DNA from: a virus
Length of the DNA stretch: 64,000 nucleotides
Strand: one strand, 5' to 3'
Virus record (IMG/VR): IMGVR_UViG_3300025875_000001
Location: 70,814-134,813 of that record
Below the pieces are notes generated by a model that saw only the letters and a program-made list of their open reading frames with translations, did not search any database and was not told where the DNA came from. Numbering within the stretch: the first letter of the stretch is position 1; each line of letters starts with the position of its first letter. The position numbers and the translations under genes are program-made. Positions 43,226-53,165 of this stretch are shown piece by piece.

Positions 43226-43940
43226 ATAACCTGAGCGGGTAACGATTCTACTTAGCTGGACCACCAGAACCGCTCATTGTGACTCTCGACACACTTGCAG
43301 TGCCTTCATAGGTTCTTCAAACCCACGCTTTACTATATAAGCTAGAGAGCCATGCTAGCAAGAGTCCCAACCGTATGATTGCTCTCGCCGCACTTACATC
43401 TTAACACACCTGACTGCTACAAGTCAAGGTAGCTGTCGTCTAAAATTAAGACCCTTGGCATTGACACATAACCACGATTCGATTGCCATTTTCTGCTGCT
43501 TAAATTAACTGAATGCTTGCTATTATCTACAATGCTTTTAACACCCATGCTTATTTGTGCTTTACTGTAATCTGGCAACCTATATACATAACCTACAACC
43601 AATTCTCTTACACCCGCTGCTGCCACTAATGTACCCTCTTTAACCTCCCGGCCAAATACATCTTGTGTCTTATAAACCGGTGGATTAACGTAAGGCTGCA
43701 TCAATTTGGTCCTGACTTAGCTTAATCAACTTATTTTTATTGTAATCTACATTAGAAGTTGAATATTCATTAGTGTAAGTATTAAGTTTAACGCCTCTAA
43801 CACGCATTTTCCTCCCCGGCTCGGCCGGGATTTTATCAATGTAGACTATCTCAATGGCACCAGTTCTATAACCTGTATAACATCTAGCTACCATATCATC
43901 AACAAATAACTCTTCACCAAACATATCAAAAATTTGCATT

Positions 43941-44936
43941 TTACTCCTTTATAGCAGCAGACCAAACACTCAATGCAAGATTATCTGCATCTAAGTGGTA
44001 ATTTATACCCTTTCCAACATTTCCGTTACTGCACCACCAATTAGCCCACAGACAGTCATTACCTTTCAAATAATCTATCCAACTTTTCATAGCAATGGCT
44101 CTCATAGAGCCATCAATATCATTGGATAGCTTAATCGATCCCAATTCTGGAATACACCAAGGTATACCAGTCTCTTTACTCATAGTAATAGGCCCATCAA
44201 ATAATTCTTGTGCTGTAGCATATCTATTTTTCCAAATACCAAAGGTTGGATTATAACAATCCCAACCTAACGCGTCAACGAACATTTGTCCACCATGAAA
44301 CTCGCGCCACGTACAACCTTCTGTTCTTGCCATCACTTGTTGATAATGCATCATTATTTTTACAAGTTTTACCTTCTTACCATTAGGATGAGCTTTTCGA
44401 GCTTTATCCATTTCTGCATATACTGATAAATAATTTTTTATAAACCCGGCGATATTACCTGATCTTTTCGCATCATCTTCTGGTTCATGATAATAACAAA
44501 CCCATACTTCTGGGTAGTTTTTCGGTATTCCGTCCATAAATTTATTAAATGCGGCTAAATCCCATTGCTTAAATGAAAAGCATGGTTTATCCTCTGGTAC
44601 TAAAACTGATACCTCTGGTATCGTCCATAATGAAGGCTTACCAGAAGAAAATATTCTAACGTGTGGCAAAGGTCCATTAAACGCTAACTTATGATCAGTT
44701 ATCACCTGTGATAAAGTTTTTGTTTCACCTAAACTAGAAGGATCTACTCCAAATTCAGTATTAGATTTTTTTAGTTCTTTAATACGATCCAAAGCTATAT
44801 CTAATTTAGTCTTTAGGTCAGCATTTTCTGTTATTTTTGCCATATAAGCATTGTGCAAATCTAACATTTGCTTTTCTACATCTTTAAGACCGGCTTTTAC
44901 CTGGTCTAGCAACATATTTATATCAATAATATTCAT
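43941..44936 (-). CDS. Coiled coil plus GH26/clan GH-A-like glycoside hydrolase domain
   Basis: YYHEPE, LGWDCYN, PWCIPELG, WANWW motifs. Confidence 0.6.
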   Translation of the reverse strand: MNIIDINMLLDQVKAGLKDVEKQMLDLHNAYMAKITENADLKTKLDIALDRIKELKKSNTEFGVDPSSLGETKTLSQVITDHKLAFNGPLPHVRIFSSGKPSLWTIPEVSVLVPEDKPCFSFKQWDLAAFNKFMDGIPKNYPEVWVCYYHEPEDDAKRSGNIAGFIKNYLSVYAEMDKARKAHPNGKKVKLVKIMMHYQQVMARTEGCTWREFHGGQMFVDALGWDCYNPTFGIWKNRYATAQELFDGPITMSKETGIPWCIPELGSIKLSNDIDGSMRAIAMKSWIDYLKGNDCLWANWWCSNGNVGKGINYHLDADNLALSVWSAAIKE

Positions 44937-44990
44937 ACTACATATAGTATAGAGCTTTTATCTTTTGTCAAGATCACTCTGTGTAATTGG

Positions 44991-45061
44991 GGTGACCGAA
45001 GGGTAACGCTCCCTCTTAGGTGGCTTCACAAACCACTGCATTACTTTTATGCTACGGTCAC
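44991..45061 (-). tRNA. tRNA-His(GTG)
   Basis: GTGGT-TTGTGAA-GCCAC; C73; no genomic G-1; T loop AGCGTTA. Confidence 0.82.
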
Positions 45062-45063
45062 AG

Positions 45064-45139
45064 TGCGGTAGACGAGATTCGAACTCGCAAATCTCCACTT
45101 TGGCAAAGTGGTGCCTTAAACCAGTTTAGCTACTACCAC
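45064..45139 (-). tRNA. tRNA-Gly(GCC)
   Basis: CCACT-TTGCCAA-AGTGG. Confidence 0.9.
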
Positions 45140-45179
45140 ATGGAACTTCAATACCGATACACTCCAATATCAAAGTACG

Positions 45180-45251
45180 TGATCCTGCGGGGAATTGAAC
45201 CCCGATTTGAAGGCTGAGAACCTACTGTAATAACCACTATACTACAGGACC
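45180..45251 (-). tRNA. tRNA-Glu(CTC)
   Basis: GTAGG-TTCTCAG-CCTTC. Confidence 0.88.
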
Positions 45252-46833
45252 GCAGTGCTACATTTTTGTGGGAAAGTAGCCAAAACCCCTGTGCGAGCGC
45301 AGTATCCAACAACCATCTACGGAGATTTGATCCTGTTAACTCGTCTCTTACATTGTATTAGACAACTGGCCTGTTGTCAACCCTTGTAGCACTACTAGCT
45401 GCTAGACGATTATGCGCTTCGGTACCAGTAACTACTACCACAAGTCCTGCGAAAGCCAAAAGCAAGGCCGTACCAAAACTAATAGCTAGTGCTAAATCTA
45501 CAAGCAATGCTGTCAGCAATAGCCCTAATACAAACACTACTGCTGCTCTTACGTTGTTATTCTTCATTCTTCTCCATCTGTTAAAGGTAAGTAACTACCA
45601 TCTTTTTGCAAAACTGCCGGGCGATTGGTTGAGCTAGGTACAAAGTAACCTTTTTTATGACCATGCCTACGCATAGCCCTATTACTCCCGGCGGTCTCAT
45701 AAATAACCTCACGGTTAATATGAAGTCCAGATTCTATATCTTCTGCTAGTTCGTTTTCAGACCAACGACTCACTTATCTAAACCGTATGCCCTGTAACCA
45801 ATACCTGCTGCTGATAAAGCACAAGCCGTTTCGCCGTTACCCCAATTGTAAGCCTGAATAGTTACTCTAGCCCCTGCACGCATAAGGTCTGCCAAAGTAG
45901 TATTAGCTACTACATCTAGCTCAATTTCACCAAGCTCAGCTCGCATAAGCTCACTTAGCTCTTCTGCCTTCTCATCAAATCTAGTTGTTGTCATTTTCTT
46001 CTCCAATTAGTAGTTTCATTAGTTCGTCGCTTGTTTCTTTAAGATCCATATCTACCGAAATGGACGTTGGTTTAATAAGGCTATCAAATTTATACTCAGG
46101 AATCGAATCCTTATAGCCAATAGACCAATCTTCAAGAGTTACTGGATATGACTTTCCCTTACCATCAAGGGAGTTATAACCGCTGTAGGTTTACTTTTAA
46201 CAGTATAAGCATCTACTCCCGGTATTTCACTACAAGGATTGCCTTGTTCTTCTACATTATCGTCTTATAGTTTTATCCGCAAGTCAATATCTAGTGTATC
46301 TAGCCAGTCTGCAATTTGATTAACTGTCCACTTTTCATAGTCATTTAAAGCGATAATAACTCTCTCTAGTGTATCTATACAGCCATTGACAGGGTGCTTA
46401 ACCATCTCTTGCAGGCCCGGCAATTTGTTAATTACTGGATGTCGATAAGATACATTGCTATTGCTAGCTTTTTTGTTCTTTTCGGGGATGTCAAATTCAG
46501 TCATATTTTGAACATAACCGATAATATTATTTCGGACAAATTCATCTTCATCAGCCATATTTTTCAATAACATATCTACAATAAAAGCCTTTTGATCACC
46601 ATTATAGTGTTTTTGAAGACCTGCATCAGTCAGCCCAAATTTATAAACACGATAGATTTTGTTTATAAATTTGGGCTGAATTGCATCAAAAATATCAAAA
46701 CTTATTATCGGCGGCTTTATATAAGCAAAGTCGACAACCACAGTAAACCAAAAAGTATGAACGTATATGTCATAATCACGATAAACCTTTACTAAATCTC
46801 CCATAAGTTATCCTTTGGTTAGGTTGGTCGGAG

Positions 46834-46916
46834 CGGAAGCGACAGGATTTGAACCTGCATCGGGATTAACCTTAGCCGCTTTCAAGGCGGTTTGCTACAC
46901 CAATGGCCGCACTTCC
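46834..46916 (-). tRNA. tRNA-Ser(TGA)
   Basis: ACCGC-CTTGAAA-GCGGC; long variable arm. Confidence 0.9.
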
Positions 46917-46918
46917 AT

Positions 46919-46992
46919 ACGCCCGGCGTCCTAGCAATAGACGACCCGCCCCTTCCGGTGCGGGTGGAGAATCCAACTCCATTACCTTGCGT
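46919..46992 (-). ncRNA. Circularly permuted tRNA-like RNA (YrlA-like topology)
   Basis: Order: anticodon-stem strand, T arm, acceptor stem closed by GGAA, D-like arm, anticodon-stem strand; 74 nt. Confidence 0.6.
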
Positions 46993-46994
46993 TG

Positions 46995-47068
46995 TAGGAG
47001 AGGCGGGAATCGAACCCAGCTATCGGAAGCTTATAAGACTTCTGCACCTACCAGCGTGCTGCTCTCCC
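46995..47068 (-). tRNA. tRNA-Ile(TAT)
   Basis: GAAGT-CTTATAA-GCTTC. Confidence 0.85.
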
Positions 47069-47073
47069 ATGTG

Positions 47074-47517
47074 TTACTGAACTTGCTTGCAACACCAATC
47101 ATCATAGTCTTCGGGAGGTTGTATGTCAAGCCATATCATTGGATCTACTGGCTTACCTCCTGTCAATCTACCTCCCGGCCAAACCTCAAAGTGCAGGTGT
47201 GGACCAATTGATTGGCCGTTATTGCCAACTCTTGCTATAAGCTGGCCTTTTACTACTTTATCACCCTTTTTAACCAACAAGTCTTCTAAGTACATGTGAC
47301 CATATACAGTAGAAACCTTTTCGCCATCTATTGTGCTATCTGCTACAATCCAACAGCCAAATCCGCCGACTCCATCCCTAGAATCAACTATAACTGCATC
47401 TTCTGCGGCATATATTTCTGTTTTAAGTGCTGCTGCGAAGTCAACGCCATTGTGCATTGCTGTACCTCGCATGCCAAAGCCACTACTGATTCTATAATCA
47501 TCTAGTGGATATCGCAT
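47074..47517 (-). CDS. M23-family metallopeptidase
   Basis: HNGVDF, YGHM, GPHLHFEV; start moved to MRYPLD to avoid overlap with tRNA-Val. Confidence 0.88.
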   Translation of the reverse strand: MRYPLDDYRISSGFGMRGTAMHNGVDFAAALKTEIYAAEDAVIVDSRDGVGGFGCWIVADSTIDGEKVSTVYGHMYLEDLLVKKGDKVVKGQLIARVGNNGQSIGPHLHFEVWPGGRLTGGKPVDPMIWLDIQPPEDYDDWCCKQVQ

Positions 47518-47521
47518 AGCG

Positions 47522-47594
47522 TAGATGTGACAGGATTCGAACCTGCGACAGACTCCGTGTAAAGGAGGCACCTCACCATTCGGTACTCACATCC
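47522..47594 (-). tRNA. tRNA-Val(TAC)
   Basis: CCTCC-TTTACAC-GGAGT. Confidence 0.9.
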
Positions 47595-47669
47595 ATAGAA
47601 GGTTCCAATACATACAGTCACCTACAACCTCTGACCTGTGCCGTGTCCCGCGCTGTTACTATCTTAACA

Positions 47670-48329
47670 TCATCGACTGAGTTGCGCAAGCTGTGCAGCA
47701 AGATCTTTCTTGGTCTGTTCTGCTGCTGCAATTTTCTCTTGAATCTTACGTTTGCGTTCATACTCGTCATAATCAAACTTATTATCTTCGTACACGTTCT
47801 TATCTATCCAAGGCAGCCTAAGGCTCAATGCTCCCCGGCGATTCCAGCCATTCTTAATACCGTTTTGCAGTAAACCAACCTCATTAAGTACGTTGACCAG
47901 CTTGTCAAGATCTTCTTTTGACATCTCTTTGTCGATATAAAGGTGGTTGTGGCCGGGTGTTGACGATGGCAATACAGACACTTCAAAGTCTAGATCTAGT
48001 AACGGCCTATGCATTTCATTGGTCTTGCCTTTAGTAGACTTAACAACACTGGTTACTAGATTGGCTTTCTTTACGCCAACTTCATCCCAAGGTCCCAGCT
48101 TTTTAGGCTCATCATCTAAACCTTCATCATCATCTAGATAATGATCTAATGCTAGATCTGCTCTTACAAACTCATGCTTTTTAACAAAGTCTGGTAGACC
48201 TACTCCCAACCGGCGTGTTGACGGTTTGTCTTCTCGGTTATCTACTACCCGCTCAATGCCAATAAGCTCTTCTACCGATGTAACTTCAAATGGATCAGTT
48301 TGCGATACTACTTGAAAACTTGGGTTCAT
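47670..48329 (-). CDS. Hypothetical protein
   Basis: 219 aa with HRPLLDLD..PSSTPGHNHLYID motif. Confidence 0.6.
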   Translation of the reverse strand: MNPSFQVVSQTDPFEVTSVEELIGIERVVDNREDKPSTRRLGVGLPDFVKKHEFVRADLALDHYLDDDEGLDDEPKKLGPWDEVGVKKANLVTSVVKSTKGKTNEMHRPLLDLDFEVSVLPSSTPGHNHLYIDKEMSKEDLDKLVNVLNEVGLLQNGIKNGWNRRGALSLRLPWIDKNVYEDNKFDYDEYERKRKIQEKIAAAEQTKKDLAAQLAQLSR

Positions 48330-48438
48330 GTATATCCTTTGATTGTAGTTATAAGCTGTAGCAGGCGTGTTTTCCCTATATCACTACTCAGCGCGTAATC
48401 GCAATAAGACTGGTCTTGAACCAGCGTTTCCTGCATTG

Positions 48439-48510
48439 TAGGCCGACACAGAGTCGAACTGCGGTCTATTCCGTATCAGAGAATTGTTCTCACCATTGAA
48501 CTACCGGCCC
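48439..48510 (-). tRNA. tRNA-Ile(GAT)
   Basis: ATTCT-CTGATAC-GGAAT. Confidence 0.88.
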
Positions 48511-48578
48511 AGGCTGCACCTTATTTAGCCTCATGTGCATTTAGAGGGATCTTACCGACCCGGCCGGAATCGGTATTG

Positions 48579-48652
48579 TCTGGATGGCAGGATTTGAACC
48601 TGCGGCCTCTTGAATCCAAATCAAGCACGCTACCAAGCTGCGCTACACCCAG
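48579..48652 (-). tRNA. tRNA-Pro(TGG)
   Basis: CTTGA-TTTGGAT-TCAAG. Confidence 0.92.
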
Positions 48653-48664
48653 ATATTACTTACG

Positions 48665-48735
48665 TCCGGATAGGAGGAATCGAACCTCCGACATAGGTAC
48701 CCAAAACCCACGTTATACCACTTCACTATATCCAG
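48665..48735 (-). tRNA. tRNA-Pro(TGG), second divergent copy
   Basis: TGGGT-TTTGGGT-ACCTA. Confidence 0.85.
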
Positions 48736-48893
48736 ATTATCAATCTCTGCCTGCCTCATCGGTAATTAACCGAGCTAATACCAGGCTGTCACATTTGAGT
48801 CATTTGAGAGAGATTGATTCGCCTTTAGCAGTCCCCCGGTGTCTCCGAGTTGTATGTTACTAAAGACTCTGATCCGTGTACTTTGGATCATTG

Positions 48894-48964
48894 CACCCGA
48901 TGTAGGAGTTGAACCCACGCTTGAAAGGTTGGAGCTTTCCGTGCTACCGTAACACTTATCGGAT
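48894..48964 (-). tRNA. tRNA-Trp(CCA)
   Basis: GAAAG-CTCCAAC-CTTTC. Confidence 0.9.
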
Positions 48965-49667
48965 ATGGTGGACCTTATCGCCGCCCACGCGCTCCGGCTG
49001 CTACGGAGAGGTACGCTTTCGCCCCCTGCTTTCTCATCTATCTTAACACACCCTACTCGCCGGTGTCAACAGTCAAGTTAGCTAGCTCTATAGCCTGATA
49101 TATACTGTCTGATGCATTCTTAACATTGTCCAAATTATGAACACCCGGCAAAAATAGCGAATCAATCAAATCGATTGCCATAACATGTAGTAGATCCTTT
49201 AGCTTTTCTTCATCTAGCATTAGCTATCGTCTCCATCCAATACAGCATTACTGATTCTACGAACAATAGTCATTTTTGCCGCCTCCATCTCTTCCCAACC
49301 ACCATACTCTAAAACATTAAATACCTCACCAAAGCATTCAATTAACAAACGCTTTAGCTCATTATGATTGATGGGTTCTGGCTGTGTAAAATGCGACTCA
49401 ACATAGGTCCTGTCTACGTCTTTCATTATTACTCCAATGCTTTTAGTCGTTTGGTCTCTTGTCGCTTCCATTTATTACTAGGACCAGACACACGATGCCA
49501 GTATCTTTGATTATACGGGTGATCGCGCTTAAAACCCCATGTAGTCTTGCACTCAGGGCATGACCAATAAGCTACCATTCTAGTGCGAGCCCTATCGGGA
49601 TCTGGTATATGGCTTGTAGAAGGCTTAATACAATCATGAATTAGATTGATATACTCCATTGTACTCC

Positions 49668-50561
49668 TTAAAAGTTACCTGGCGCTACCTGGAAGCATAC
49701 TAGACCAATGCTACGCCATGCGTCAACTACCTGCTGCCTGTCATCTAGCACAAACTGCACATCGTAATTGTCCCTGACGTATTCATTGAATAGTTCTAGC
49801 TTGACGATACTATCTTTCCTTTGGTCCCCGGTCTTTCGCATATACACCTTATCCCAGGGAACATCATTATCATTAAGCCAGTTTTGGGAATCAATACTAC
49901 TTATATCGTCCCGGCCGCTCATGATTATAATCATATACCCGGCTTCGTCTGCCCAACGAACAACCTCGGCAACATGATCAATTAGCTCATCGTCATATAC
50001 CTTAGTAAAATCATAGAACGAACGATGACCATTATTACGTGCCAGGGTACCATCAAGATCTACCAGAATAGCCTTCTTTGTACCCGGCTTTGCTACATAA
50101 GGTGCATGCGTTGGGTCGGGCTCAGGATATAGGTCAATCTCATTCAATGGATTCCGAACAAGATCTTGATGCTGCTTCTTGATTACTTCTTCTGGAACGA
50201 GCCTACCACCCATAGAGTGCCTTGTCCATACCCGGCCAATTGCCTTATTGACATCTATATCTACCTGCTTAACATCAAAAGTAGCATTGTGCTCTAGAGC
50301 AATAGCTGCAAAGTGACGCAAATACTTAGGACGGATGTTAGTGTTGTCAACAACCACATTGCACCCGGCCTTTAGCAGAGCATGGACACTAGCGTCTTCA
50401 ATAACACTAACTACTGTCTCATCAACACTAGCATAGTCCTTGAATACGGCTTCACGAATGTTGTCACGGCTTACCACCGCCCAACCTTCACGCTTTAGCT
50501 GCTCGACATATGTGCTCTTTCCACTACCACTAATACCACGCATACATAATAGCTTACTCAT
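49668..50561 (-). CDS. pseT: Polynucleotide 5'-kinase/3'-phosphatase (T4 PseT-like Pnkp)
   Basis: GISGSGKST P-loop, SRDNIR, VVDNTN; HAD motif ILVDLDGT; VLDDRQQVVDAWRSIGLVCFQVA. Confidence 0.92.
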   Translation of the reverse strand: MSKLLCMRGISGSGKSTYVEQLKREGWAVVSRDNIREAVFKDYASVDETVVSVIEDASVHALLKAGCNVVVDNTNIRPKYLRHFAAIALEHNATFDVKQVDIDVNKAIGRVWTRHSMGGRLVPEEVIKKQHQDLVRNPLNEIDLYPEPDPTHAPYVAKPGTKKAILVDLDGTLARNNGHRSFYDFTKVYDDELIDHVAEVVRWADEAGYMIIIMSGRDDISSIDSQNWLNDNDVPWDKVYMRKTGDQRKDSIVKLELFNEYVRDNYDVQFVLDDRQQVVDAWRSIGLVCFQVAPGNF

Positions 50562-51122
50562 CGTCTTTTGCTACCTCAATCGTTACTATTAGATATCCCG
50601 GCTTTTTCAGATAATTAAACCTGTCCCTATCTATAGAGACCTTTACATATTGATGTATCGGATCTTGCTCTCCATGATTTCTATAGCTCGCAGTGTTACC
50701 GTCAAAAGAACTTAGTGCTACCTTATACTTCATACACCCGGCTCTCCCTTTGTCTTGACTTCAAATCCTGCCGCCCTAGCAATAGTATCAAGAGCGTTAC
50801 CTATTACTTCCATTCCAGACCAGCCGTGCTCATCATGATTCATGTTAATAATAAATAGATCATCAAAGTAAATGTCACAGTCTTCATCATTTTTCCAGTC
50901 ATATTCTAATACATGGTCACTCATTACTAGGGCACCTTTCTGGTGAATGTGAATTACGAATAGTCTTGTTTAAGTTATGCTGCTTACAACCATCTTCTGT
51001 CCAGTCTCCTAGAAAGGTGCCGCCGCATGGTGTACGGCGGCAACCACAATCCCTTAGGTGGCCTAGCTCTGGAAACCCCCATGATCTAGACACATGTGAT
51101 GATTCCCAATTCTCTATATCCA

Positions 51123-51758
51123 TCAGAAATCCCTTGTCTTTAGCTTAAACATTAGTCGCTTACCAGCATTGTTTGTTAGCTCTACTGGTGACTTAGCAAT
51201 AATGCCCTCAGCCTGTACCGGCCGAATTGCGAATGTGCTACCAAAGCCATCTCGGCATGCAGCTATAATGGCATCAAGATCATACATACCTAAATTTGGC
51301 GCTGTATCAATTTGAAGTTCAGCCACACATGCATAAAAGTCAGCAGGTGACAGCCACAAATCATTTGCACGCACATCGAACGCCCTGAACTCTACATCAT
51401 TGGAGTAGTTTCCACCACCATTGATCTTAGGACCATATGACTCACCGTAAACTGTTAGCGAATCCAGACCAAACCTGTCCATAAGATCATTAGCTGCCGG
51501 ATGGATTGCATGAACTGTATCGATAAGGCTATTTTCTACCGGCGATGGGAGGTTAGCATTAGCTGTGCGCCCACCAAATGACCATACAACATCACCATCT
51601 TCATAGCCAAAACGAATCCACGTAGAAGTGCCGTCAATTTTTTCTGTAACGCTCCATCTATCTAGTAGTGCAAACTCCGGTCGTGTAAATTCGCCGGGTA
51701 TAATCTTAAAATTACTATCACGCTTAAACAGGGTATCTATTTTATTATAGTAGTCCAT
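51123..51758 (-). CDS. Rnl2-family RNA ligase (adenylyltransferase domain)
   Basis: TEKIDGT (motif I), YGESYG, FRAFDV, EGIIAK, MFKLKT. Confidence 0.82.
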   Translation of the reverse strand: MDYYNKIDTLFKRDSNFKIIPGEFTRPEFALLDRWSVTEKIDGTSTWIRFGYEDGDVVWSFGGRTANANLPSPVENSLIDTVHAIHPAANDLMDRFGLDSLTVYGESYGPKINGGGNYSNDVEFRAFDVRANDLWLSPADFYACVAELQIDTAPNLGMYDLDAIIAACRDGFGSTFAIRPVQAEGIIAKSPVELTNNAGKRLMFKLKTRDF

Positions 51759-52000
51759 CTTTACCTCTCTTGTTTTGGGCCTGCTCACTGGCTGTAGCCC
51801 ATCTACAATTATCTGGAGTATAGTCGCCATTTACATCTATTCTATCTAACGTCCTATCCTCCGGCCTTACGCCCATATCCTCTAAGAAATTAACGAACTC
51901 AGACCAACGGTCGCATACCCTAATGCCTCTGCCACCGTAATGTTTATAGTTTTTATTTAGCTGATTAGAGCACCTAGCTCGCATCGCAATCCAAGACCAC
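51745..52000 (-). pseudogene. 3' half of an HNH-type endonuclease
   Basis: SWIAMRARC...[17 protein letters not shown]...[20 protein letters not shown]; no N-terminus. Confidence 0.75.
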
Positions 52001-52510
52001 CAGCCCGGCAAAATCGCCGTAATCAAGTACAATTCTGTTACTAGGGTAAATTATCTCTGCTAGAAAAGTGTAACCAGCATATAGCTTAAATAACTCTAAA
52101 GAGTCATTGTGGTTCTCTCTAATGTGCTGGGTAGCCCATTCGGCTTGACTGGAATGAAATGATCCTCTAGTAGATACATGCACTTGATCATCGTACACGA
52201 AGATAATACCAAGTGACCCATCGGCTTTATCTGTTACCTCAACAAGATCGTCAAAACCAATGTAAGGCGTTTGCGCTTCACCTAGATTCCAAAATTTACT
52301 TAGCGGCCTAGCAATAACATTACCTGTCAGTTGCTCATAGATAAGCCCACGACATTGAGTCGTCACATCATTCCAACACTTTTTGAATGCGGCCAAATCT
52401 GAATAATTTGCAATAGTCAGCGGATGACCCTCATGGCTACGCAGAGTAACCATCTTGTCTGTTTGCATTTGACGGAATAGATCACCATCAAACAGATCAC
52501 TAATTTTCAT
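51974..52510 (-). pseudogene. 5' half of a T4 Rnl1-family RNA ligase
   Basis: [50 protein letters not shown]; ends at ~178 aa without the later motifs. Confidence 0.8.
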
Positions 52511-52633
52511 TGCGGCTCCCGCCAATAGTATGGATAAGTGTAAGGGCGGACGTATACGCTGAGACGACTAATTTTATCCTACGCAACGCAATGTTACATG
52601 ACAGGACGCCTACCCCTGCACTACCCTTACCTG

Positions 52634-52719
52634 TGACGCAGACGGGGATCGAACCCGCGACTCCTTTCGGAGTACTAGATTGAAAGTCTAGCTACCAGTG
52701 CCAACACAGTCACTGCGCC
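52634..52719 (-). tRNA. tRNA-Glu(TTC) with long variable arm
   Basis: CTAGA-CTTTCAA-TCTAG; variable arm ACTCC-GAAA-GGAGT. Confidence 0.82.
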
Positions 52720-53061
52720 ATTTGGTACCATTAACGCAGGTTCACGCCGGACTTGAACCGGAAGGTAAATATCATACCTCTCCATCACCTATTTATCTTA
52801 TGTAGCTATTCATAAGGCTTGCAAGGCAGGTGATCCACCAGCTTTATGCTACTTGGACTTCCATTTCCATCCAAGAGGCGTACAGTGTCCGGTAATAGGA
52901 GATACATAATAACCAGGACCACAATATACTGGATTATCTGCTACCGGCCTTGCCTGTGCAGCAGCTGGTGCAGTCAAAACAACCGCACCAGCAAATAACA
53001 GCGCACCTAGACCTGCAACAATCTTGTTCTTCATTATTCCCCCTAGTTATACTGATTGACG

Positions 53062-53132
53062 TGCGGATGACCGGGCTCGAACCGGCAAACTTAGTTTGGA
53101 AGACTAATATGTTACCATTACATCACATCCAC
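53062..53132 (-). tRNA. tRNA-Gly(TCC)
   Basis: TTAGT-CTTCCAA-ACTAA. Confidence 0.92.
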
Positions 53133-53165
53133 AGTGCTAGCCAGTTTGACCCGACTAGCTAAAAC

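Noticed and set aside
50590-50700. Possible tRNA-Phe near TTTTCAG
   Set aside because: No T arm or acceptor stem found; no tRNA-Phe identified in this window
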